From Candidatus Babelota bacterium (GTDB taxonomy: Bacteria > Babelota > Babeliae > Babelales > UASB340): DNA of 64,000 nucleotides. The stretch is from positions 15,157 through 79,156 of the forward strand of contig WJIY01000015.1 of NCBI GenBank assembly GCA_014730005.1, read 5' to 3'. The position numbers and the translations under genes were made by a program. How positions within the stretch are numbered: position 1 is the first letter of the stretch; every line of letters begins with the position of its first letter. Of the stretch, positions 8,456 to 19,137 are shown in pieces. The notes below the pieces were generated by a model. It ran no database searches. It saw only the letters and a program-made list of their open reading frames with translations, and was not told where the DNA came from.

Positions 8456-11257
8456 TTACTTAACTCTGCCAACCTCTACAGTCGTCATTCCTTCGGAAAT
8501 AAAATATTTAGCCGCAATTTTATTCAGTTCATCAAGAGTGATATTTTGTACCACATTTAAAACTTTATCATAATAATCAAATCCAAGTTCATAATCCTTT
8601 AATCGTGCAAACATATTAGATAAAGCCTCATTGCTTGTTGTTAAATCTATTAATTGATTTAAATACATTTGTCGAGCTGAGCTTAACTCACTTAAAGTAA
8701 CACCTTGTTTACCTATTTTATCTATCACATTTAAAAGCAATTCTTTTGATTTTTCAATGTTTTCTAAGCTTAAAATTGAACCAATATAATCAAATCCATG
8801 TTCTCTTGATGCTCCTGCAGCAAACATTCCAAATGCGGCATAAAATAACCCTGTTTTTTCTCTTAATCTATATAAACGAGAACCTAACGAATAAAAACTT
8901 ATAAAATCTAAAATCTTTAATGGTGTTAAATCTTCATCATAAATATCAATTTTGCTTGGTTTTCCTAAAAGTAAAACAACCTGATCCCGTAGCATATAAT
9001 GTTTTATCTCTTTAGCTCTAAACTCTGCCTCCGGATAATCAATTAATTCAATTTTTTCACCGTTCCAATTATTAAAAATAGTTTTTACGACTTCTTCTAT
9101 TTTATTTAAATCGAAATCACCAACAACTGATAAAATCATATTTTTAGGCGATACATATTTTTTATGCATTTCTTTTAAATCCTGATATGACGCATTATTC
9201 AAAATTTCAATAGCTTGATCAAAAGTCCAATCATATGGATGATTGTTATAAATATTATTTTTTAATAATTTAATTGCCATGTCAGTTGCCGAATCTTTTC
9301 TTCGTTGATATGAATCAATAAACATCTTTTTCAATTTTTCAACAGCATCTTTAGGAAAAGTTGGCTTAGTTAAAACATTTATAAATTTTTCAAAAATTAA
9401 ACTATAATCCTTATTCAATAAGGATATAGCTGCCCCAAAAACACCAAATGAATAACTCGAACCAGTCATTTCAAAAAAGTTAACATTTTCTTGCTTTGTT
9501 GCTCCCATGGAACCTTCCATTAATGAGATCATCATTAAGTGCAAAAGGATTCCTTCCCTTGCCTCAGAAAAATATGAAGCTTGTTTAAATCTACAATTTA
9601 CATTCAAAATTGGCCATTGATCTCGCCTGTGTAAAATAATAGTTAGGCCATTATCAAGCTCAAAAGTTTTATCCGGTTTTGGAAAAGCAAAATCTAAAGG
9701 ATTTGGATCTGGTAAACTTTCAACAAATTTTGGATGCTCAATTGGTGTTGTTCTTTGATATTTTTTCAATATTTTTACATCCATCAAATCCGATTCTTCT
9801 TTTGCTTTTAACCAAAATTCCTTCTTATGTTCTGGTAAAGGTAAAAGTTGAATTTGATTAACAAAAAATGGATCTAAATAATTTTTAATAAAACTTTGTA
9901 TATCATCAGAATTAATTTTAATAAAATCATCCACCCGCTTGAATATTTCCGTTTCATCTTTTGTTGCCATATAAGACTGAATCCAGTCATATGTAAAATT
10001 TTGTAAATTCTGTAAATTTTCAAAGTACTCTCTTCCTTTTGTATTGATAACTTTTATTAATTCTTCTTTTGTTACCCCATTTTTTATTATTTTTTCAATC
10101 TCTTCTTGTATTATTTTTTTACATTCTTCAAATTTGCCCTCTAAAGGCTGAAACAATACAAAAAACACACCCGATTCAATCAAATGATCAACTGCAACTT
10201 CTACAGAGATTGCAATTTTTTCTTCGTCAACTAATCGTCTATAAAGACGACTCCCTTCGCCTTGCCCCAAAATAAATTCTATAAATGAAACCAATATCTC
10301 ATTTTTTTCTTTTAATCCAGGAATAATCCAATAAAGACCTGCTCTTTCTCTTTGGACATCTTCATAAATAATTGTTTGATATGTAGTTGTTGTACGCGAT
10401 AATGGAGGAAATTTTTCTTTTTTTAAACTCTCTGTTTCAATCAAATCTTCAACTTCGCCTTTAATAGGTTCAAAATGTTTTTTTACTTCGTTTATAACTT
10501 CATCAATATTAATATCACCTACTACAAATAAAGTTGCTCTTTGTGGACCATAATATTTTTTATAAAAATTTTTTAAATTTTGTGCAGATAAATTTAAAAG
10601 ATCCTCCTTAAATCCAATAATAGGAAAATGATATGCATAACAAGCGGGATACGCCGTTAAACATGCTTTTTCCAACATTACATTCCAATATCGATCCTTA
10701 TACATTTTTAATTCTTGAATAACTGCATGCAACTCGGAAGCTAAGTGTTGCTCTTCAAAACGGGCATTTTCCATGCAATTGGCAAGAATCGAAATAAATG
10801 GTTTCCAATTGTTTTTATCCGATTCAAAATAATAACTTGTTATATCCTTTGAGGTAAAAGCATTAAATTCAGCCCCATATTTTCTTGCAATTGCATCAAT
10901 ATCACCTTCTGATAATTTATCGGTTCCTTTAAAAATCATATGCTCAATCAAATGAGCAAGTCCTTTCTCACCAGCATGTTCAATCCATGAACCTATATCA
11001 TAAGCAATTTGCATCAGAACTTTCGGTGCTGAATCATTTTTAAAAATTAAAATTGTCATTCCATTACTCAAAACAACTTTTTTCATATTTTCAGGTTTCA
11101 TTTTAAACTCTACTTTCGTCGTTAAAATAGGCAACTCACTTTTTGAACTGCCGGATATAAAATAAGGAACTACAAAATTAAAAAGAACAATAAAAAAAAT
11201 AGCAATAAAAGCCACAATCCACCATTTATATTTTTTTATTAGATCAATTAACCCCAT
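8456..11257 (-). CDS. Membrane-anchored double-length M16 (pitrilysin/insulinase) family zinc peptidase
   Basis: 933 aa with N-terminal TM (WWIVAFIAIFFIVLFNFVV). Inverted zinc motif HLIEH in GLAHLIEHMIFKGT with downstream E (VIQELKMY). Length fits two M16 halves. Confidence 0.85.
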   Translation of the reverse strand: MGLIDLIKKYKWWIVAFIAIFFIVLFNFVVPYFISGSSKSELPILTTKVEFKMKPENMKKVVLSNGMTILIFKNDSAPKVLMQIAYDIGSWIEHAGEKGLAHLIEHMIFKGTDKLSEGDIDAIARKYGAEFNAFTSKDITSYYFESDKNNWKPFISILANCMENARFEEQHLASELHAVIQELKMYKDRYWNVMLEKACLTAYPACYAYHFPIIGFKEDLLNLSAQNLKNFYKKYYGPQRATLFVVGDINIDEVINEVKKHFEPIKGEVEDLIETESLKKEKFPPLSRTTTTYQTIIYEDVQRERAGLYWIIPGLKEKNEILVSFIEFILGQGEGSRLYRRLVDEEKIAISVEVAVDHLIESGVFFVLFQPLEGKFEECKKIIQEEIEKIIKNGVTKEELIKVINTKGREYFENLQNLQNFTYDWIQSYMATKDETEIFKRVDDFIKINSDDIQSFIKNYLDPFFVNQIQLLPLPEHKKEFWLKAKEESDLMDVKILKKYQRTTPIEHPKFVESLPDPNPLDFAFPKPDKTFELDNGLTIILHRRDQWPILNVNCRFKQASYFSEAREGILLHLMMISLMEGSMGATKQENVNFFEMTGSSYSFGVFGAAISLLNKDYSLIFEKFINVLTKPTFPKDAVEKLKKMFIDSYQRRKDSATDMAIKLLKNNIYNNHPYDWTFDQAIEILNNASYQDLKEMHKKYVSPKNMILSVVGDFDLNKIEEVVKTIFNNWNGEKIELIDYPEAEFRAKEIKHYMLRDQVVLLLGKPSKIDIYDEDLTPLKILDFISFYSLGSRLYRLREKTGLFYAAFGMFAAGASREHGFDYIGSILSLENIEKSKELLLNVIDKIGKQGVTLSELSSARQMYLNQLIDLTTSNEALSNMFARLKDYELGFDYYDKVLNVVQNITLDELNKIAAKYFISEGMTTVEVGRVK

Positions 11258-11371
11258 ACTTTCTCCTAAAATAAATGTAGCATCAATATTTTAAAAAATC
11301 ATTCTTTTATTTTATGTAAAATAACTTAAACTTATAAAATATAAATTGTTATCAGATAATTTAGAAATAAA

Positions 11372-12472
11372 ATGAAAATATTAATATTACGTGTCTCTTC
11401 AATTGGTGATGTAATACATACCTTACCCGCAATATTCTTAATAAAAAATGTTTTACCTAATTCTAAAATTTATTGGGTTGCACAAGAAAAAGTTTCAAGT
11501 TTATTGCTCAATCAACCATATTTAGAAAAAATATGGATACTTCCTAATAAATTTTTATCAATTAAAAATTGGAAAAAAAGCATTAATATAATCAGAGATA
11601 TTAAAAAAACTAAATGGGATGCAATTTTAGATTTTCAAGGCATAGTTAAAACATCCATAATTTCTCTTTTGCTAAAAGGATCTAAATATGGATTCGACTT
11701 TAAAAATGCAAGATTTTGTCTCACCTCTTTTTTTACAAACCATCATATAAATCCTAATTATAAAAATATAATTCAAAAAAATTTTTCGCTTGCATCATAT
11801 ATGCTTTTACATAAAAATTTAAAATATTTTAAAAGTCCCGCAATACATGAATTAAAAAAAAAATTTCATCTTAATTTCGATAAAAAAAATAAAAATTCCA
11901 TTAATCAATGGTTAAAATATCATAAAATAAAACAATTTATTATTCTTTCTCCAAATACAACTTGGCCTTCAAAACACTGGCCTTTAGACAATTGGAAAAA
12001 ATTAATTACTTTATTAATAAAAAATAAAAATTTTTCTCAACAATATTCAATTTTACTACCTGGCAAAGATCATGGTTTTCAAGCCAAAAAAATAGAACAA
12101 GAATATAAATCATTTAAAAATAATATATATTTTTGTCCAAAATGGAATCTTAAACAAATAGCTTATTTAATATCTAAAACCCATATGCTTATTGCACCAG
12201 ATACAGGACTTTTACATTTAGCTGATTTTTTAGATAAAAAAACAATAGGCATATTTGGTCCAACAAAATCGTCCATTCATGGACCTTTTATTAATTCAGA
12301 AAATATTACAAATTCTATTCAAATTGAATGTCCTCACAAATATCAAAAAACACATGGTCAAAATTTAATAAAAAATAAAAAAACTGGAGTTAATATAAAT
12401 TGTATGTATAAACTAACACCAGAAAAGCTCTATGAAAAAATATTAAAGTTAATAGATTTAAATGGATCATAA
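11372..12472 (+). CDS. Glycosyltransferase family 9 (LPS heptosyltransferase-like)
   Basis: 366 aa. N-terminus MKILILRVSSIGDVIHTLPA and C-terminal ...APDTGLLHLA... are typical of WaaC/WaaF-type GT9 enzymes. Confidence 0.8.
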   Translation: MKILILRVSSIGDVIHTLPAIFLIKNVLPNSKIYWVAQEKVSSLLLNQPYLEKIWILPNKFLSIKNWKKSINIIRDIKKTKWDAILDFQGIVKTSIISLLLKGSKYGFDFKNARFCLTSFFTNHHINPNYKNIIQKNFSLASYMLLHKNLKYFKSPAIHELKKKFHLNFDKKNKNSINQWLKYHKIKQFIILSPNTTWPSKHWPLDNWKKLITLLIKNKNFSQQYSILLPGKDHGFQAKKIEQEYKSFKNNIYFCPKWNLKQIAYLISKTHMLIAPDTGLLHLADFLDKKTIGIFGPTKSSIHGPFINSENITNSIQIECPHKYQKTHGQNLIKNKKTGVNINCMYKLTPEKLYEKILKLIDLNGS

Positions 12473-12474
12473 AG

Positions 12475-13752
12475 ATGAAAAAAAAATTGATCTTATTTTT
12501 AGCCATCTTTAGCATAAATAACCCCTGCTTTGCAAAAGAAGTATCATTAAATCCTGATCTTGCCAAAAAAAATCATCTGCGTTTATCTCTTGATCAGGCT
12601 ATCAAATTAGCAATCAAAAATAGACCCAGTTTAAAAGCATTTCAATATGCTGTTCAAGCAAGCAAACAAGATGAAAAAAAAGCACTTTCAGGATATAAAC
12701 CTCAAATAAATTTAACTGAAAAACCATCTTTTCAATCCGGATATAAAGGTATCCAAAACGATGTGACCATTCAAGCTGATCAATTAATTTACAGCTTTGC
12801 TGGCCCTTTAGAAGAATATAAAATAGCTCAAAAAGGTACCGGAATTTCTGAATATCAAAAACTAAGACATCAAGAATTGATAATTTTTGAGGTTACAAGA
12901 TCTTTTTTACAAAGTTGGTTACTACAACGAAAAAATAATTTCATAAAATATTTAAACAGCTCATCAGTGCAAAATATAAAAAAATCTGAACATGAAAATA
13001 AATTAAATCTTTTAGATAAAAATGTTTGGTTAAATGATGCGGCTACATATTCTGAAAATATATCTACTGTATATATTTATTCAGATGAACTGAAAAATGC
13101 GAGAAGCGAATTAGAATATTATATTGGAAAAAAATTTGAAAATGGAAAATCAAATTTAATACTCACTTGGGATAGCAAGCATGAAATTAAATTAGAAGCA
13201 TTAAATCATTATTATAATAATGCAATAAAACATCGCAATGATATAAAAGAAAAGCAAAAAGAAATCGAACAACAAGAAGAATATAAAAATTTTTACAAAA
13301 AAACATATCTGCCTAGTTTAAGTTTAAATGGACAAGCAGGAAGAACTTCTGGAAATGCATCTAATTCAATAGGAGCAATTTTAAACTGGAGTATGTTTGA
13401 TGGAGGAACAAATTATTATGAATCACAAAAAGCAAATGCAAATAAATTAAAAGCCTTAATGGAAAAAGATAGATTGATTCAATTAACAAAATTCGAAATA
13501 CAAAAGTCATATTATGAACTTAATTCGATATTAAAACAATTGATTGCGAAAAATATAAGATTAACTCAAGCTAAAAATGAAATTATATTAAGAAAACAAC
13601 AATTTGAAATCGGTGATATTTCAAAGGTTGATTTCGAAATAGCAAAATATAATTGGGAAACACAAAAATTTGATTGGTTAACAACAAAATTGAGTGCTGA
13701 ATTAAAACTTAATGAACTCAAATATGCAAGTGGTTACTATGCCAAAAATTAA
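12475..13752 (+). CDS. TolC-family outer-membrane efflux protein
   Basis: 425 aa with signal peptide MKKKLILFLAIFSINNPCFA. Two-repeat helical/beta architecture and LSLDQAIKLAIKNRPSLKA opening typical of OEP/TolC family. Confidence 0.8.
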   Translation: MKKKLILFLAIFSINNPCFAKEVSLNPDLAKKNHLRLSLDQAIKLAIKNRPSLKAFQYAVQASKQDEKKALSGYKPQINLTEKPSFQSGYKGIQNDVTIQADQLIYSFAGPLEEYKIAQKGTGISEYQKLRHQELIIFEVTRSFLQSWLLQRKNNFIKYLNSSSVQNIKKSEHENKLNLLDKNVWLNDAATYSENISTVYIYSDELKNARSELEYYIGKKFENGKSNLILTWDSKHEIKLEALNHYYNNAIKHRNDIKEKQKEIEQQEEYKNFYKKTYLPSLSLNGQAGRTSGNASNSIGAILNWSMFDGGTNYYESQKANANKLKALMEKDRLIQLTKFEIQKSYYELNSILKQLIAKNIRLTQAKNEIILRKQQFEIGDISKVDFEIAKYNWETQKFDWLTTKLSAELKLNELKYASGYYAKN

Positions 13753-13826
13753 ATAAATAGAATTGACAAATTTATTTTATTTTGTTTAGTCTATTTACTA
13801 GTTTAATTAAACGATTAGGAATAGTG

Positions 13827-14576
13827 ATGAATTTAAAAAAACTTTTTTTAATAATTTTTTTGACAACGTCATTTTCTTCAAATAAAGCGTTAGTTAGTGT
13901 AGATGGTATAAAAAATTTACATGGTATTACATGGGTCATCTCTGTGGTTGATGTCCTAGATAAATTTTTTATACCACAAGAAAGTATATTACCTGACCTT
14001 CATGTTAATCTGTATGAGGTGCTGCGCAACAAAAAAATTAATAATTTAAATCTTTCAAAATATCTAAACAATGAGCTATCTGTTTATGCTCCTGAATTTA
14101 TCAATAAAATTCTTTTATCATCAATCGAAAAAATACCTGGTATTTTTTCAAATATTCCTGCTGGATATTTTAGAGTTGAACAAATATATGAAAAAAATAA
14201 AAATAAATTAAATACTCAAAATGCCAGCGATCTTAAAGTTACAGAGGTCGCAATTTTTTCTATAGAAAAAATTGCAGAAAGTTTGTCACTCAAAATATTA
14301 AATCGCTCTATTGAAAATAGTCGCTTAACAAAACGATGTATTAAAATCCTAATGTTTACCTTGATAGCAATTTGTGGATGTTATCTAAGGCAAGCTTTAA
14401 ATGAAAGTATAAAAAAAGATTTAGATCTGCCTGAACTAAAACAAGTAACAATTGATAGTTTCATAGAAAATCTTGTTATTGAGTTTTGTGGCGAAATGAT
14501 TAACTTTTTTCTATTAGATGATCCTATAAAACAAAAGAAAATGCAACTTAAACAAAAACATGCAACTTTTTCATAA
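13827..14576 (+). CDS. Orphan protein with signal-like N-terminus and one internal TM, unknown function
   Basis: The track ORF begins at TTG 13782. The in-frame ATG at 13827 (MNLKKLFLIIFLTTSFSSNKA) has an AGGA 7 nt upstream. No motif recognised. Confidence 0.5.
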   Translation: MNLKKLFLIIFLTTSFSSNKALVSVDGIKNLHGITWVISVVDVLDKFFIPQESILPDLHVNLYEVLRNKKINNLNLSKYLNNELSVYAPEFINKILLSSIEKIPGIFSNIPAGYFRVEQIYEKNKNKLNTQNASDLKVTEVAIFSIEKIAESLSLKILNRSIENSRLTKRCIKILMFTLIAICGCYLRQALNESIKKDLDLPELKQVTIDSFIENLVIEFCGEMINFFLLDDPIKQKKMQLKQKHATFS

Positions 14577-14787
14577 AACCGCTATAAAAAATAAACATAT
14601 TTCTCTTTTTTTAGTCTTTTATTATAACTTCTTAATTGTTTTAATAATAAGTTCATCAAACATAAATAAATAAAATTGTAATCTATCTATAATAGTAAAC
14701 AAGTTTTAGTTAAATTAAATCCTTACTTTTTTTTATTATTTTTGTATAAAATTATAATTCAAAATTCTCGTGAAACTTGGAGAGATA

Positions 14788-15990
14788 ATGAAAACAACTA
14801 AACTAATAGTAATATTTTCTATATTAATAATCACATCTTATTTAAGTTATTTAATTTATAAAAAATTTTTCACAGTATTGCCAGAGTTACCATACAAAAT
14901 TGAAATACCTCAAAAAAGAGATATTTATCAAACCATTCATGCCTCCGGAATTTTACAAATAAAAGATCATATTAAAATCGGAAGTTTAGTTGCAGGAACA
15001 ATACGCAAAATCTATGTTCATGAAAATTCAATTGTAAAAAAAGGAGAATTACTCGCAGAAATTGACGATGGAAAAGAAGATACTGACGTTAAAAAAGCTG
15101 AAGGTGATCTAGAAAATACTCAAGCTCAACTAAAATACCAAAAAAATTATTATAATAGACAAAAACAACTATATGAATCAAAACAAATATCTAAAGATTT
15201 TTATCAACAAGTTACAAGAGATTATGAGCAAGCAAAAGCTATTGTAAAAAATAGAAAAGCTGAATTAGAACAAAAACAAATTGAATTTAATAACAAAAAA
15301 ATTACATCTCCTACAAATGGGGTAATTGTTTCGATCGGTATCACAGAAAAAATGAAAATAACAACAGATCTTGATGCAACAGTTCTTTTTATAATAGCTA
15401 GAGACATCACAAAAATGGAAGCCATCTTAGATATTGATGAAAGCGATATCGGTCAAATACAAAAAGGTCAAATAGTAAAATTTACAGTAGCAACTTACTT
15501 AGATAAAATTTTTAAAGGAAAAATTGCAGATGTAAGCTATTCACCACAATTAAAAAATAATGTGCTTTCGTACAAAGCATTAGTAAATGTCAATGACATA
15601 AATAATATGTTACGACCAGGAATGACAATTAATGCGAAAATTAATGTCGCAAAATGTATAAATTGTCTTGCAATTAGCAGTCATGCTTTTCAAATTAACA
15701 GCAAAATTCTTGAAAAAATTGCACACAATTTAAAATTTGGATTTGTTCCTATTGATATTAAAAGAAAAAGATCGCTCCAAAAAGGAAATATCGGTAACTA
15801 TCCTATAAAATATGTTTGGGCTGTTGAAAATAAAAATTTTGTAGAAAAGCCAATCAAAATAAATATAACTGATGATAATTATTTTGAAATCAAAGCAGGA
15901 ATCGATCAAAACGATAAAATAATAGTTGATATTGACGAAGAAAATGAAATGGAAACATTATATAAAAAAATATTTAAAAGTAATCTATAA
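14788..15990 (+). CDS. Periplasmic adaptor (MacA/HlyD/DevB-type membrane fusion protein), copy 1
   Basis: The track ORF starts at GTG 14770. The ATG at 14788 follows GGAGAG. N-terminal TM, coiled-coil hairpin, and lipoyl/beta-barrel motifs (ITSPTNGVIVSI, ...PGMTINAKI). Confidence 0.8.
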   Translation: MKTTKLIVIFSILIITSYLSYLIYKKFFTVLPELPYKIEIPQKRDIYQTIHASGILQIKDHIKIGSLVAGTIRKIYVHENSIVKKGELLAEIDDGKEDTDVKKAEGDLENTQAQLKYQKNYYNRQKQLYESKQISKDFYQQVTRDYEQAKAIVKNRKAELEQKQIEFNNKKITSPTNGVIVSIGITEKMKITTDLDATVLFIIARDITKMEAILDIDESDIGQIQKGQIVKFTVATYLDKIFKGKIADVSYSPQLKNNVLSYKALVNVNDINNMLRPGMTINAKINVAKCINCLAISSHAFQINSKILEKIAHNLKFGFVPIDIKRKRSLQKGNIGNYPIKYVWAVENKNFVEKPIKINITDDNYFEIKAGIDQNDKIIVDIDEENEMETLYKKIFKSNL

Positions 15991-15992
15991 AA

Positions 15993-17222
15993 ATGAATAT
16001 AAATTTGTTATTAAAAACCTCAATTAGATGTATAAAAAAACATAAAGGTCGATCATTTTTAACAATCCTTGGAATTATAATTGGAATAGGATCTATCATT
16101 TCTACGTTATCTATAGGATATGGAGCTGAAGAAAAATTAAAGAAACAAATTTTAAGCATGGGACACAATTTTATTTTTATACAACCAGGAAAAATGGTCG
16201 AAGAAGGAAAAACAAATTTAACACAACGAAAAAAACCTAACCATATTACAGAAAAAGATGTATTAATTTTTCAACATCAAATTCCTGAAATTAAAAAAAT
16301 CACTCCAATTATGTTTGCACGTGATATAATAAGCAATGATTGTAATAATGTCTTAGTTGACATAAAATGTGGAAACGAAAATTATTTAGATATAATTGGA
16401 AGAAAAATAAAAATTGGAAATTCTTTTACCAAGCATCATCTTGCAAAAAGTTCAAAAGTTGTTGTATTAGGAAGTAAAACTGCAAAAGATCTTTTTAATT
16501 CATTAAATCCTATAGGAAAAACAATAAAAATTAAAAATGTTTTTTATACTATTATAGGTATAACAAAAAAAATAAATAACTATATGGGTATTATGGATCC
16601 AAATTTAGATATTTATCTACCTATTTCAACAGCAAGAAAGCAAATTTTTCAAAAAAATTCAAATAAAGTTCACGGAATTGCTATTTCTATTTACAACACA
16701 AAAGACATACCCAAAGTTGTTCGAAAAATTAATAGAATTTTAAGATTTCACCATCGTTTAGAAAAAACTGAACCAAATGACTTTACAATTATTGATCAAC
16801 AATCAATGATAAATGCTGCTAAAACTTCTTCCAATATCTTAACACTTCTTTTATTAATAATAGCTTCTATATCATTACTTGTTGGTGGAATTGGAGTTAT
16901 GAATATTATGCTTGTTTCAGTCTCCGAAAGGACACAAGAAATAGGAATTCGTATGGCAATTGGTGCAACAACTGAAATTATTTTAAAACAATTTATTTTT
17001 GAAGCAATAACTCTTTGCCTGATCGGCGGAATTATCGGAATATTATTTGGTATAATAATACCTCATATTATTAGTTTATTTACAAGTTGGCCTGTTGTTA
17101 TTAAGCTCTCAAGTATAATATTTGCATTTACTGTAACATTCATGGTGGGTGTTATTTTTGGATATTACCCTGCAAAAAAAGCTGCTAAATTAAATCCTGT
17201 AAATGCATTAATTGGAAAATAG
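15993..17222 (+). CDS. MacB/DevC-type ABC transporter permease (FtsX domain), copy 1
   Basis: 409 aa. N-terminal TM, large periplasmic domain, C-terminal FtsX module ...GGIGVMNIMLVSVSERTQEIGIRMAIGAT...YYPAKKAAKLNPVNAL. Confidence 0.85.
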   Translation: MNINLLLKTSIRCIKKHKGRSFLTILGIIIGIGSIISTLSIGYGAEEKLKKQILSMGHNFIFIQPGKMVEEGKTNLTQRKKPNHITEKDVLIFQHQIPEIKKITPIMFARDIISNDCNNVLVDIKCGNENYLDIIGRKIKIGNSFTKHHLAKSSKVVVLGSKTAKDLFNSLNPIGKTIKIKNVFYTIIGITKKINNYMGIMDPNLDIYLPISTARKQIFQKNSNKVHGIAISIYNTKDIPKVVRKINRILRFHHRLEKTEPNDFTIIDQQSMINAAKTSSNILTLLLLIIASISLLVGGIGVMNIMLVSVSERTQEIGIRMAIGATTEIILKQFIFEAITLCLIGGIIGILFGIIIPHIISLFTSWPVVIKLSSIIFAFTVTFMVGVIFGYYPAKKAAKLNPVNALIGK

Positions 17223-17245
17223 TTTTTAAATATTTGGTTTGATCA

Positions 17246-18448
17246 ATGATTAAAAATAAATTTTTCTTGTTTATAATAATTTTTTTACTTATCAGCACTG
17301 TAATTTTTGTATATTTTAGACTTTCAAAGAAAAAGGAACAACCTTTATTTCAAACACAAAAACCATTTAGGCAAGATATTGTACAATACGTCAACTCCTC
17401 TGGAACGCTTAAAGCTAAAGAACAAATAACAGTTGGAAGTTTGGAAGCAGGAAGAATTATTAAGATTTTAGCTGACGATAATGATGTTGTAAAAAAAGAC
17501 CAAATTCTTTCAATAATTGATAATGGAATTGGAGATAGTCAAGTTAAAAAAAGAGAGGCCGAATTAAGAGAAGCCAAAGACAAATTACAATACCAAGAAA
17601 AATTTTTCAACCGCCAAAAACAATTGTATGAATCAAAACAAATATCAAAAGATTTATTTGAACAATACATAAGAGATCTTGAAACACTCCAAGAACAGGT
17701 TAAACAAATACAAGCAGAATTAGAAATTGCTAAGAAAACATATGATAATCTATTTATTAAATCTCCCGCTGATGGGATTGTAATCTCTAAAAAAATAGAT
17801 TTAGGGCAAATGATTACAGCAAGATTTCAAGCAACCGTTCTTTTTGTAATTGCTAAAGATTTACATGAAATGGAAGCTAATGTTGATGTAGATGAAGCTG
17901 ATGTAGGATTAGTACACGAAGGTCAAGAAGCAATGTTTACTGTTGATGCATTTCCCAAAAAACAATATTTTTCAACAGTTCATCAAATCAAATATCTCGC
18001 TGAAATCATAGATAATGTGGTTACATATGGAGTAATAATTAATGTTGATAATCCAGATTTAAAATTAAAACCAGGGATGACAGCAGATGTAGATATAAAA
18101 GTTGCTGAAGCCAAAAATGCCTTGGTCGTAAAAAATAAAACATTACGGGTCAGTGATGATTTATTATCTGTTGTTGCTAAAAAATTAGGATATCAATTTG
18201 AAAAAATACCACAAAGAGAAATTGCTCCTGGAATAGATTATTTATGGATTTTTGAAAATGGAAATAAATTTAGACAAATTAAAATTAAAATAGGAGCACG
18301 TGAAGGAAGTATGACACAAATAATTAATGATGAAATAAATGAACATACGAATATAGTTTCTGAAATTACAGCAGAAGAAAGAGAAAACATTTTACTAAAA
18401 CAAATATTTTCAAAACCAGGGATTGGTCAAACTAAAAAAGAAAAATAA
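17246..18448 (+). CDS. Periplasmic adaptor (MacA/HlyD/DevB-type), copy 2
   Basis: 400 aa, paralogous to 14788-15990. They share an identical NRQKQLYESKQISKD block and collinear motifs. Confidence 0.8.
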   Translation: MIKNKFFLFIIIFLLISTVIFVYFRLSKKKEQPLFQTQKPFRQDIVQYVNSSGTLKAKEQITVGSLEAGRIIKILADDNDVVKKDQILSIIDNGIGDSQVKKREAELREAKDKLQYQEKFFNRQKQLYESKQISKDLFEQYIRDLETLQEQVKQIQAELEIAKKTYDNLFIKSPADGIVISKKIDLGQMITARFQATVLFVIAKDLHEMEANVDVDEADVGLVHEGQEAMFTVDAFPKKQYFSTVHQIKYLAEIIDNVVTYGVIINVDNPDLKLKPGMTADVDIKVAEAKNALVVKNKTLRVSDDLLSVVAKKLGYQFEKIPQREIAPGIDYLWIFENGNKFRQIKIKIGAREGSMTQIINDEINEHTNIVSEITAEERENILLKQIFSKPGIGQTKKEK

Positions 18449-19137
18449 TGAACAGTATAGAAACAAAAAATTTGTTTAAAACTTATAAAATGGGAGAAAT
18501 GGAGGTACAGGCACTCAAAGGAATAAATTTGAAAATAGAAAAAGGTGAATTTGTTGCAATAACAGGAACTTCTGGTTCTGGCAAATCAACATTAATGCAC
18601 CTAATTGGTTGTCTTGATGTTCCTTCGTCGGGTGATTTTTTTATTGATAATAAAAATGTAAGTAAAATGACCAAAAATGAATTAGCAAAAATTAGAAATA
18701 AAAAAATTGGATTTGTTTTTCAAAAATTTTATCTTCTACCCGACTTAAATGCCATCGATAATATTGCTTTACCAATGCTTTATGCGGGCCAACCAGAATC
18801 AATAGCACGCAAAAAAGCAATGGAAATTTTGAAAATGGTTGATCTATATGATCGTACACAACACTATCCTTATCAATTATCTGGAGGTCAACAACAACGT
18901 GTTGCAATTGCTCGCGCACTAATAAATAATCCAAGTTTGATATTAGCAGATGAACCTACTGGAAACCTTGATTCAGAAACAGGCAATGCAATCTTAGATC
19001 TTTTTACAAAATTAAATAACAAAAAGGCTGTAACTGTAATCTTAGTAACTCATGAATCTGAAATTGCACAAAGAACAAAAAGAATAATTGAACTTTTGGA
19101 TGGCAAAATAATATCAGATAAAGAAATAAAAAAATGA
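18448..19137 (+). CDS. ABC transporter ATP-binding protein (MacB/LolD/DevA type)
   Basis: 229 aa. Walker [10 protein letters not shown], signature [15 protein letters not shown], Walker [13 protein letters not shown]. The start overlaps the adaptor stop (TAATG). Confidence 0.9.
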   Translation: MNSIETKNLFKTYKMGEMEVQALKGINLKIEKGEFVAITGTSGSGKSTLMHLIGCLDVPSSGDFFIDNKNVSKMTKNELAKIRNKKIGFVFQKFYLLPDLNAIDNIALPMLYAGQPESIARKKAMEILKMVDLYDRTQHYPYQLSGGQQQRVAIARALINNPSLILADEPTGNLDSETGNAILDLFTKLNNKKAVTVILVTHESEIAQRTKRIIELLDGKIISDKEIKK

